From Vitrella brassicaformis CCMP3155 (lineage: Eukaryota; Protista; Chromerida): 64,000 nt of DNA. Both the position numbers and the translations under genes were made by a program. Positions 11,759 to 22,899 of the stretch are shown piece after piece (positions within the stretch are counted from its first letter, which is position 1; each line of letters begins with the position of its first letter). The stretch covers positions 26,234-90,233 of the forward strand of contig CDMY01000388.1 of NCBI GenBank assembly GCA_001179505.1, given 5' to 3'. The notes beneath the pieces are model-generated. The model was not told the origin of the DNA. It saw nothing but the letters and a program-made list of their open reading frames with translations, and did not search any database.

Positions 11759-13271
11759 TCACGCGCCTTCGACGCCCCGCCATCCGCCACGCACAAACCT
11801 GAGTCTCTCCTTCCCGGGCGGAAGGGCGTTTGAGGGCACTGGCTCGGCGGCTGGCGGTGGCTGTGGGCTGCCCGTCTCCTGGCTGAGTCTCTCGAGGTAG
11901 GTGCGGCGGCGGTCGACGGCCAGCTCCCGCGCCTTGTCGAAGCCATGCACTTCAGCTGACAAACATGATAGACAGGCAGTCAGAGGCAGGGAATGGGCAA
12001 TGTGGGAGAGAGAGAGTGGGGCACCTGGTGAGTTCTGTCCTTACCGCAGAATGCGCGTGTGCATGGCCTTCCGTTCTCGCGGTACCAGGTGACCCACGAT
12101 GAGAGTTTCTCGTCCCACGTGACCCCGTCAATGCCGCTGTCGTAGTGGGGCTTCGACCCCAGACGGCCGTCTTGCTGCACAGACACACACATACACAGAG
12201 AGAGAGAGGGGGGGAGAGTGGCGCCTGGCCGGGTGTGTGTAGGTGTGGTGACCTTGAGTTGAGTGTAAAACATGAATGCCTCTCGCTTGGCGGCCTCGAC
12301 GCCGTATTTCTTGACGGGGAACGGCTTGGCCTGGAGCTTCTCGTGCTCGTACCAGTACACTTCCCACGCCTCGTTCAGATCCTCCCATCTGCACACGTCA
12401 GACACACAGACAAGACACACGGCCACACAGACACACGGCACTATGGTGCGAGTGTGTGAATGTGTGTGGCGCCATGCGTGCAGACAGACGTACGTGACGT
12501 TAGGGTTGCTGCTGTCGTAGTAGTCGTTGCGGAGGGTGATCTCCTTGGGATGCGGGTGGTGCACCGGATGCTTCCTGCACTCAACACAACACAACACCAC
12601 ACCACACCACACACGTCAGCCATTCCATTCCCCCCTCTCCTCTTTCCCTCCGTCCCTCAGTTCCCCCTCTCACACCTGTTGTATCGCCTGAATCTGTTGC
12701 CAATCCCCCAGTTGAAGACCCTCTGGTGGTGCGTGTCCATGTCCCCCCGAAACACCTCCCGCAGCGGCGGTGGGTCCCCCTCCCGCCGCTCCCGCTGGTC
12801 ATAGTTGGGCCGCACGTCGGGCGGCGGCGGGTGGCGCAGGTACAGCCAGTGCTTCCCGCGGGGCATCTCGAACCCCTCGCGCATGTAGAACTCCCTGTCC
12901 CGCTCGGGCAGCCCATCTGTTCTGGTGAGGGCCTTCTGGTGCTCAGGGTCTTCCTCTTTCGCTGTGGGTGTGGGCGGGGAGTCGTTGAGGTATTTCTTGA
13001 CGGCCTCTGCTGCCTCGTCTGTCCGGTCTCCGTCGTCGTAACCCCTCCTAACGATGCCGCGCGACAGCTTGTTGATGGCCTTCCTGGCTCTTGTGTGGAC
13101 GCTGCGGCGCGGCACACACGGCCATGGCAAGGCTGCATTCGTGCTGCCGCTGGTGGGAGGGGAAGAGTGATGCGGCGCGGGTGCTGCACCACAGAGGACG
13201 GGGCAGAGGCGGGGTGTGAGGCAAGATGACAGCCGTGACGTAATGTGGCAGATCCGGCCCATTTTCTCCAT
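11759..13271 (-). CDS. Double AP2-domain (ApiAP2-type) protein with a probable mitochondrial presequence
   Basis: Two AP2-like units: WEVYWYEHEKLQAKPFPVKKYGVEAAKREA and GVTWDEKLSSWVTWYRENGRPCTRAFC|AEVHGFDKARELA. The N-terminus is R/S/L-rich and acid-poor after residue 2 (MEKMGRICHITSRLSSCLTPRL...RRSVHTRARK). An upstream in-frame ATG exists at 13343. Confidence 0.8.
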
Positions 13272-13393
13272 TTGCCGTGAAGATTCAAGAGAAAAAGGGC
13301 CACTTGTCGGGCAGGGTATGAAACCCTGCACATTTGACTCCACGAGCTCGCCATTTCAGGATCTGCCCGTGTCTTTGTGCGTCTTTCTGCGTC
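13272..13393. promoter_or_regulatory. Very short divergent spacer (putative bidirectional promoter) between the AP2 and TMEM205 genes
   Basis: Head-to-head ATGs at 13271 (or 13343) and 13394. Confidence 0.5.
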
Positions 13394-14382
13394 ATGATGC
13401 CGTCCACGCTGACCTCCGTCACCGCCCTCTCCTTGCTGCTGTGCGTTGCATCTTCATCTCCATCGCTTCCTCTGCGTCGCACCAGTGTGGCTGCCTTTGC
13501 ACCGCCACATGCACCAACACCAACAGCAGCATCAGGCTCAGCCCAAGGAGCCCTCTTCGGCAACTCATCATCACGCAGCCTGAGCAGGGACAGTGGTGTG
13601 GCTCGACGGGCAGCCGCGACGCTCACCACTGAGGCCGACAGGGATGTCGAGACGCTGGAGGAGAAGAAGCAGATGGCGGGGCTGGAGAGGTGGGACCCAC
13701 AGGTACGTGTGTGTGGCCACCTGCAAGTGGTGTGTGCAGCACCCACTGGCTGAGCGTCGGGTGTCTGTCTGCCTGCCTGTCTGTCTGTCTGTGTGCAGGT
13801 GTGGGTGGCGCCAGCGGTGCACAACAGGAACAGCGTGCGGCTGCTGGCCTTGCTGTCCACCCTCCTGCTGGCCTCGGGCTCCACCGTCTTCGTCTCCAAG
13901 CAGCTGACGCTCTTCGTCCACTTGCTGGCCTATGCCACCTGGCTTGGCAGCGTCATCTACACCACTTTCGTTGCGGTATGCACACACACACAAAGAGAGA
14001 GAGAGGGAGAGAGAGGGAGGGAGAGAGGGAGGGAGGGAAGGGGGAAAGGAGGGAATTGGCCAGTGTACGCCCCTGTCTCCCTCTTGTGGTGTGATGGTTT
14101 TGGTGTTTGCCAGGGAATCACCATGTTTCGCAACCTGCCGCGCAAGACGTTCGGGCGGCTGCAGTCGAAGCTCTTCCCGCTCTACTTCCAGCTCTGCACC
14201 GGGATGCTGATCGTGCTGCTGACCACAGGCGGGGCGAGCGTCCTGCCCAATCGGGCCATGATGGCCAACCTCGCTGTGGCTCTCGTCATGACGCTCGCCA
14301 ATCTTTTCGTCCTCGAGCCGAAATCCACTGAGATAATGTTCAAGCGGTAGACGCAGGCAGACAGGCTTGATGGTGTGTTGTC

Positions 14383-14413
<31 letters not shown>

Positions 14414-14580
14414 TGTGTAGGTATGAGATGGAGGACCAAGGCAGGAAGGACGACCCGGAGTATAAGGCGCTCGCCAAGGGTTTCGGCAAGTTCCACGGGC
14501 TCTCTTCGCTGACCAACCTGATCGCCTTGTGCGGCGGGGTGGCCCACGGGTGGACTCTCGCCTCTCTCATCGGAGCATAG
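13394..14580 (+). CDS. TMEM205: TMEM205/DUF4149 membrane protein with signal peptide plus transit-peptide-like leader (4 exons)
   Basis: HLLAYATWLGSVIYTTFVA|GITMFRNLPRKTFGRLQSKLFPLYFQL...NLFVLEPKSTEIMFKR|YE...FGKFHGLSSLTNL is the TMEM205 signature. Leader MMPSTLTSVTALSLLLCVASS...AAFAP is followed by an S/A/R-rich stretch. TAG ends at 14580. Confidence 0.88.
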
Positions 14581-15187
14581 CACAGCACCGAAGGAGCGAG
14601 AGAGTGGTGGCCGAGCCAGAGGGTTTTCTCGGTCTGTGTAGCTGTAGCGTTGTGTATCACTGTCTTGGGAGTATCTCTCTATAGGGCCTGGCCTGCTGCC
14701 GATGGGCGGCATACGCCCTGTTTCTTGTGTGTGCGAGGGAGATCGGGTGCTGGCTGAGTGGAAAGGAAGGAGTGGGCTAAGCCTGCTGATAGATGAACAG
14801 ACAGACAGACAGAGAGACGGACGGACGGACGGACGGGAGGAGGGAGTGCTGCTTGAGAGAGTCAGTCAGTGGACGGCCGCCGCACAGCCCCATTCCACGG
14901 TGGTGGCGCACGGGCGCAATGGATGCAACCACCGTCCAATTGCAGTCGTGTGTCACATGCACGGAATGCCGCTGTGGGATGGCTGTCCGAGACACAGAAG
15001 AGAGGGCAGATTGGTGTTGCTGTGTGCAGAGTACGAAGCAAATCTCTGAGCCGTTGACGATATTGGACAAATCATCCATGCATGCTGTCCATCCCGCAAT
15101 GAATGACGCGCAGCAGCATTGGATCGTAACGGACTGCAACGGATCGCGAGGCGCGAGCTGAGACAGGAAAGAAGCACGGAACCTGCA

Positions 15188-18034
15188 ATGTCGGCCGCTG
15201 ACGTGTCGGCGGCTGTGGCGGCATGGCCAGGCCCCCTGGAAGAAAACCCCTTCGAGGCCGCAAATCTCCGCCGATGGGCCCGCTCGGCACGCCAGGAGCT
15301 GCTCAAAAACCGTTCCAGCACCCCACTGCAAAGGGCACTGGCCACCAAGAGAAGACACCATGCCTCCCGCGTGAGCATGATGCACAGGAAATTCAATGAA
15401 ACCACAAAGCGAAGTCAACGGCATGTGATTTCTATCAGATGACCACACCGTCCGATGCTGTCGTTCCTGACGACAAGCAGCAGCCCCTGGGGCAACCGTC
15501 CCGCCCCTCTCCCACCCCGGCAAGCCCCAGGACGCCCCGCAATGCGATTCATCAGCCAGCCGGACAGAAGCTCACCATCCAGTATCTCGGCGAGTTCCGT
15601 GGTGCGATGGGGGTACTCGCGCAGACGCTTGCCCTCACCCATCGCAACACACACGCCCCTCCCACGCCGTTGCCTCAGCACCAGCGCCCCACGACCGCCC
15701 CTCAGCCTTCTCATCAGCTCGGTCTGCCGCTGTCGCCGAGGAGTGTGCGGTTCCACGCGTCTACGGAGTCGTCGAGGGATGCATCGCCTATGGACTCGGT
15801 GTTGGGGTCACCCAAAGGCATGGGAGAGCCGAGAGAGAAGGAGGGTGGGGAGGGGGAGGGGGAGGGGCTGATGTCGGCGAAGGAGGTGCACAGCTTGTGT
15901 GTCCACGTTGTGAACCAATCGATGGGCAGGTACGGTACCTGAGGACGCGGAGCTTCTCTCTGTGTTCGTTCCATCATGAATGTTGGTCTTTCCCTGTTCT
16001 GCATCTGATCTGCCCCCCCCNNNNNNNNNNNNNNNNNNNNNNNNNNNNNNNNNNNNNNNNNNNNNNNNNNNNNNNNNNNNNNNNNNNNNNNNNNNNNNNN
16101 NNNNNNNNNNNNNNNNNNNNNNNNNNNNNNNNNNNNNNNNNNNNNNNNNNNNNNNNNNNNNNNNNNNNNNNNNNNNNNNNNNNNNNNNNNNNNNNNNNNN
16201 NNNNNNNNNNNNNNNNNNNNNNNNNNNNNNNNNNNNNNNNNNNNNNNNNNNNNNNNNNNNNNNNNNNNNNNNNNNNNNNNNNNNNNNNNNNNNNNNNNNN
16301 NNNNNNNNNNNNNNNNNNNNCCCCCCCCCCCCCCCCCCAGGTGGGTGAGCGGCAGCAACCCACGAGGCACCCTGCTGCACCCTCTAAAGCGGCGCGTACC
16401 GAGACTCAACCTCTACCTCACACACCAACCGTACGCACACACACACACACACACACAGATACGCGCAGTCACGCTGTGTGCATCGAGATGTCGATGTCTG
16501 GATGGATGTGCATCGGTCATGGTATGTTTGGTTGCAGTCCCTGGGTGGCGGCCCCGCTGCCCCCGGAGGAAGCCAACCGTGACGTGAGTGCCGTGCTGGG
16601 CAAGGAGACACGGAGACAGGACAGAGAACCGAGGAGACGCATCACACGGCCGGAAACTGCTGGTGCGGTGAAAGACAATCGACAGAGGTAGCCGCTGGAG
16701 ACCATCCTTTGTGTGCGCAGGAGGGCATCTGTTCAAGAGCCGCACATCCAGAAGGGCGAGGCCGACCACTACGCGGCCGTGCTCTCCATCAGCGCAGACG
16801 GCCAAAAACCCCCCAATCAACATCCCCTCCCTCCCCGAGCAGCCCTTCCCTCCCCCAACAGCCCCCACACCCACACCCACACCGCCTCTGACGATGCACA
16901 TCCACACGCAAACAAGGCCCACCACCACCAGCACCAGCAGGGAGAGAGAGAGATGGCACGACAGAGGCTGGATCAAGACAACCAGCACGGAGACGGGCAG
17001 GGAGGGCTTAAAGGAGCTGTCCATCCCCCTTCCCCCTCCCCCAGAAACGGCGAGAGACCTCACAAGAAGGCTGGGCCGGCCGAAGGAACACCCGGACGCA
17101 TGGACGCCCTCCAAAGTGCGGAAGAGGGAGGACTCTGCCGAGAGACACCCACCTACGCCCTCGCCCACCCCACACGAGCTCACGGCCGAGCGGATACGGA
17201 CCCCCTCTTTCTCAGACAGGATCGTCGGCCTTTTCCAGAGACCGCAGACGGCCCCTGAAGTGTGTGTGGAGATCGAGCGGCCTGAGACACTCAGACCCGA
17301 GCAAAGGAGGTGGCTTTGCGGGGAGGAGGGAGCAATGGGTGTGAGGAAACACCCCCCAAACCACCCTAACAACAACTCGCCCGTCACGGCCTCGCCCGTG
17401 AGTGTGGTCAGCATCCCCAAGGCCACGTCGGACAGCGACCATGACGCCGCCAACATGACTCCTGTACCTGCTTCTGCGCGGCCTTATGCCCATCCTCACC
17501 TCGGCACAAGGCCGGAGATAACGCTGACGTCACAATGGACGGCCAGGAGCGAAAAACGAGCAGAACGAGAAGGCCAGGCGATCGCAGCGAAGAGGACAGA
17601 GACCGAAACGACCGATCGGCCGCGGGGAGACGAATACGCCGACAAGGGGGCGATTGGCATTGGGGAGAAGTGGGCATCATCAGGCAATGGTTGCGAGTTT
17701 TACCTGGAGTTTGTGCAGCAGAAGAGGAAGATGGGCCTCGCTGAGAGGGAGGACCTGCAGCTGAAATCCATTGCGGCCACGCTGCTGCCGACACACCCCG
17801 CTGAGGAAGTGGACGAGGCCATCGCTGAGGCGGCAGCGATTGGCGAGCCGGTCGAGGGACTGTATATTCCGTAAGCCCCGTGTGTTTGTGTGTGTATGTG
17901 ATGAGATGACATTTACGTTGGTGTGTTTGGTGTTATGTTTGTGCAGGCCTCCATCTTATTTGCGGTCGGCAGGGGAGGGGATAGCTCTGCGGCATGACCG
18001 GAGGACGCCGAATGCGTGGGCTCTCATGGCATGA
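15188..18034 (+). CDS. Hypothetical low-complexity (P/T/R-rich) protein spanning a scaffold gap
   Basis: Long open exons (15439-15930, 16720-17870) with GT-AG boundaries and a coding-like end (CEFYLEFVQQKRKMGLAEREDLQLKSIAATLLP). No family recognised; start uncertain. Confidence 0.4.
16021..16320. other. Scaffold gap (300 N) flanked by poly-C
   Basis: Run of N in the sequence. Confidence 1.
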
Positions 18035-18325
18035 TGGATGACACGATCACATTGCTGCACCCAGTGTTGGCTAAAGTTAATTAGGAGCGTTGATCGATCC
18101 ATGTCTCTGTCCGTGTCGTCTGTCTCTCCGTGTCTCTGTGTAAGGGCAGGTCTTAGACATGTGACAGACAAAGAGTGCCATTCATTCACAAGATGTCAAC
18201 CAGATGTCTCAGTCGGACGTCAAGAAAGCTCAGTCTCCATCACACACACACCACCTCGCCCGTGACAGTCACATTTAGATAGGTAGCCATACCCTCACGA
18301 CGACGGCCTCCTTGTCTCTCTCCCC

Positions 18326-19924
18326 TCATCTGAGTGACCACCTGGGCGGTCTTGCTTTTGCTCTGGTGTAGCTGGTGTGGGCGCTTGTGTTGATGTCAGC
18401 CTCCTGCTGTGACAGCAGCTCAACCTCTGACTCAAGCTGATCACACACACAGACATAGCGAGACCCGTGCAGATGAGATGTTTTGTGTGAGGCAGGAGTG
18501 CGATCCGATCGCACCTTACCTTGGCAATCAGCGAGTTCTGCTGCACTATCTGCTTTTCCAATCTGCCGGCGCACACAGACACACATGCGTGGGACAACCA
18601 CCCTCCCAGCCATGTATGTCACCTCTTGCACTCCTTCAACAGCCCAATCATCGCCGCGTTCTCCGCCGTCGGCGCCAACCCGTCGATCCCATCAAATGCA
18701 GACATTATCGGCGAAGAAAAGGCCGTCGGGGGACGCCTGTAACCACCCCCACCCTGAGGCTCTGCTGCGGCCCTGGATGTGGTTGTGGATCTGCCTCTTG
18801 TCCGTTCGTATGGCTGGCCGGCCCTGCCGACGTCGTGCCCGCACCGCTGGCAGATGAAGGGGGGAGAGAGGGGGCGGCGAGAGGGGGGGAGAGGTGGGGA
18901 GGGAGGGAGAGGGGATGGCACAGCACTGCAAATGGCCACCGGCACAGAGATGGTGAGAGGGAGCATTGCGTTCCATGCGGCGCCGTGTCTCTTTGTCTCC
19001 TACTCCGTATCCGTGTATCTCGCGGGAGGCTTCTGCGTCTCATGGCCGACGCGCATCAACCGGATTCCCACGCCACTTGGCACATCGTGTCTCGCGGCCG
19101 TGGGCTGCTGCTGCTGCTGGACTGGTGCTTTCCTTTCTCCCATGAACAGCTGACTGGGCCAGGCCCTGGTCTCTTCACGAAAGTGACGAACAGGATGGTG
19201 TCCCGAAGCCGCCAAGTCGGGCAATATCGTGCTGCATGCCAGGGAAAGAAGCTCATGGACAGTGAGTTCTCTCTGTGTGCGCCTCGCCTCGCCCCGCCTA
19301 CCTGCACGCCTCAGCGTCAGATGCACCGACTACCACCATCCCTTCATCCACCGTCCCCCTGGCTCTCGGTCTGGGCTGTCCCGGATCTTCCAATCGCTCT
19401 GGCGGCTCAGACACGACCCGGCAGTGGTAGGAATCATCTCTTGGCGCCCTCCAGATGCTCGTGTCGTGGTAAGACAATCGCTGTTGTCTCCCTCTCTGAT
19501 GCTGCTCGTTAACAGGGGGCGGAGAGGGAGGGGGAGGCGGCCGCCAGTAGGCCGGGGGCTGCCGGGTGTGTGTCGACGGGACTGGGGAATCCTGAAAGGG
19601 CTGACTCTGACCGACAAGGCAACTCCGCTCTCTCTTGTCTATCTGCAGACATGGGCACACCACACGCAAAGCAAAGGAGAAAATCGCCATTGCAATGCAA
19701 CGACGCAACAGCGGCTTGCTTACCACCTGATCTCCCCCAGCAGGGACTTGAGCAGGCGCCTCCCTCCCCGCCCTGGCCAGCCCCACGACTGTTCTCCCCC
19801 TCTCTGCGAGCATCTCATCGAGAGACGCACGCAGAGACACCGACGAATGCTGTCGCTCCTGACTGGCGGCAATCAGCCGGTCAATCGACTCCCCTGCCAC
19901 ATCCAACAGGCTCAGAGCCTGCAT
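18326..19924 (-). CDS. Hypothetical protein with coiled-coil-like C-terminus
   Basis: ATG at 19924 (MQALSLLDVAGESIDRLIAASQERQ...). Later exons AENAAMIGLLKECKR, GRLEKQIVQQNSLIAK and QLESEVELLSQQE. Model is partial. Confidence 0.35.
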
Positions 19925-19998
19925 GATTACTGGCAGCCTCAAAGACAGGGGGGGCAGTGGGGGCCTGATTGTCTCGCTCGCAAGATCCAAAGGCGCAA

Positions 19999-22560
19999 AT
20001 GGCGGCGAGTGACAGCGCTGACGAGGCTGTGGGAGGCCTTCTCGTTCCACAAGATGAGGCCAACTCCTTGACCCTCCTGTCCGCCCTGCTTCGTGTGTGG
20101 GAGGATCAGAAGGAGACCCTCGGTTGGGAGGAGGGGGGCAGCAATGTGGAGGGGATCATGATTACCAGCGTGCGGCAGGAGCTGTCGCAGTATGCGGCCA
20201 TCCAGCAGCTCAAGCGGAAGAAATTCGCCAGGCTGCTGCAGGTAGAACGACCCACCTCGAGGGAACTTACCTACACAGATCTCTCTGTCTTCCCTCCCCC
20301 TGTGCCTTTCTCCGCCTTGTGTGCAGGAGGCCTTCCTGCTTCCGGACGGCCATCCATCCAAGGCGGCCCTCGAGCACACACCCGTTGATTTCCTGCGCTA
20401 CTGGAGCGGGATGGAGATGCTCATTCTCTCCGCACGAAGGGTGGCCGTCGCCTCGGGGTGGCAGCCGGCAGGGGACCCTGAGGGCAGCAACAAGGGGAAT
20501 GAGGACGGCATCGACCTGCTTAGAGGCATACGGGCGTTTCGAGATGGTACGTAGAGGGGATTCTGCTCAAGTCTAAGTCATACTTAGTCTACTCTCTCTA
20601 TTTGGGTGTGTGTGTGTGTTTGGGGTGAGGGGACTCAGCCATCCTTCGTGTGGCTTTCAAGTCGTCGCCTCCCCGGGAGGCGCTGCTTGCTTCGGAAGTG
20701 CTGTGCGCACTGCAAGAGGCCAAGTGAGGCTGCTGGCCCCTCCACACTCGGATGTCTCTGATGGTGGGGGATATGCAGGTCGGTCTCCCGCCTTCACAAT
20801 GAGTACTGGGACGAGATCGCCAGCGGCGTGTCAGAGCCCAGCGGCTCTGCTGAAGGAACGTACGGGGTCTCACGCTCACTCCACTACCTGGGTTACCTTC
20901 CTGTCTGCATGCCTGTGTGTCTGCAGTGTGTGGCATTTGTGGGAGCTGGCCAGCTGTGTGCTTGATTGGGTGCGGGAGTTCCTCGATAGCGTGACCACAG
21001 ACGAGGAGGAGGGGGAAGAGGAGACGCCATCGCCGCGGCGAAAGAAGGGCGCTGGGGCGGTCAGCGACGCGCCGGCAACGGACACGGAGAACTCACACAG
21101 AGGTGCCCTGCGAAGTCAGCCCACAGCACACACAAGATGCATCAATATGCCAGATGCTCATTCTTGAGTGTCTCCCTCCATCTGCCTCCAGCATGTGACA
21201 CGGACGTTGAGTCCTCCGCCATCTCAGTGGCAGACATCCCACCACGAGACACCACCAGCGCCCCCGCCCCTGCCCCCGCCGCAGGGCCCTCCTCCCTCTC
21301 CCGGTTCATGGCCACGCTTGCAGAGAGATCACACAAACCAACAACACAAGAGACGACACAACGGCAGCAGAGACACCACACCGCCGCCGCACCCAAGCCA
21401 TCCCGCAACGCGTCCCACGCCACAACGGAGGAGAGCCCTGCACCGATGAAGGGCTGGAAGGTGCGGGCGGGTGTGCACCACGTGGCCTTTCTGTTCGGCG
21501 GGAGGGTGCATTGGGCCTTCACGCGGCTGCTCACACACGGCAGAAGAAGGGCCAAGACATACGGAGATGGAGGGGGTCGTGGTGAAAGGGGCGGGATGGC
21601 AGCTGGAAGGATGGCGTCTGTCGGACAGATGAGAAGCGATGGAGAGGCCAGCGCGTCCGATAGCTACGGTTGGGTTGTTTGACCACTCTGTATGATGCTC
21701 GTATCTCTCTTCTCGTCTTCAGATGAGTGTGCGGCTGGCCCATCACAGTCACAAGGACACGCGAGACACACTGCTGCTGCTGCTGCTGCTGCTGTCGCTG
21801 CCGTGTTGGAGCAGGCAGGTGTCAGCGGCGAGCAGCTGCAGGAGCTGTGGAGACGACGGACTCTCCTGCCACTCACGTGAGAACCACTAGCCTTCTCCTT
21901 CTCACGATAGACATCCCTCTGTCGATGGGTGCAGGTTAGCCGAGAGTGTCACTCTCTGCCTCAGGAGATATTTCGGCACCTGGCGGACGCATTCATGGTC
22001 AGCAAACGTCTCACGATCCCATTTGCCGGCCCTTGCATCCACCGCTTCTCCCTTTTGTCCAGGCGCCAATTGATGACGGTAGCGTCGTCGCAGTCCGCAC
22101 CCTCCCGCCTCACTGCCGCCAAGGCTCCTGGTGGGCCAGGCTCACCCAACCGATTTGCGTGGGCCCCGCCTGCTGTGGTCAGCCACACATCCAGACACAT
22201 CGGGGGGAGACACACACACACAGAGGGAAGGTTTGTGTCTCGGTGTGTGTGCAGGCGACGGACTCGCCGCATCCCTCGTCATTGTCAGAGTCGTCGCGTC
22301 ATTCGTCTGACGAGAGGCACCAGGCCGCTCAGCCGCAGCAGCAGCACCGTACTGTGGGGGCAGAAGCAGGGCGTGACAGGATGACCAGACGGTCGCTCGA
22401 GGAAGAGCTGCAAATACTGGTACGGGGGTTACATTGCACTTGCCAGGGTGTGGTGTGTGGGTGATGTGATGTCTCTGTGTTGTATGTTGTGTGTGGCAGA
22501 CTGCGAATCTGTTTGCGGGCCGGGGCGCTGGCGTTGGCGATGGGATGCCTCTGATCATGT
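19999..22560 (+). CDS. Hypothetical multi-exon protein
   Basis: ATG at 19999 (MAASDSADEAVGGLLVPQDEANSLTLLSALLRVWE...). Helical exons DFLRYWSGMEMLILSARR and WELASCVLDWVREFLDS, flanked by GT-AG introns. 3' end uncertain. Confidence 0.35.
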
Positions 22561-22899
22561 GATATATGGTCCATGGACCGATGTTATGTGCTGTGAGTTG
22601 AGCTGGACAGATTTGTTGGGGCGTTTGTGTTGCGAGAGAGCGGTTACGTTGCGTTGCAATACAATGCCAAGGCATGTCTCGTCCAGCCATCGAAGAGGTG
22701 TCAAACAGCGCATGAGTATCAAGCAATTAGACACCGAATATAAAATGCAGGCAGCGATGGCCTCGATCCCTCTCCCTTCTGTCCAGCCGGGAAGCGAGGA
22801 CACCAGAACAGCAGACTGCAAATACAAAATGTAGACAGCGATTCCTCCTTCCCCTCCCCCCATCCAGCCGCACCAGCGCACTTAGCCAGCCTCTCCCGG

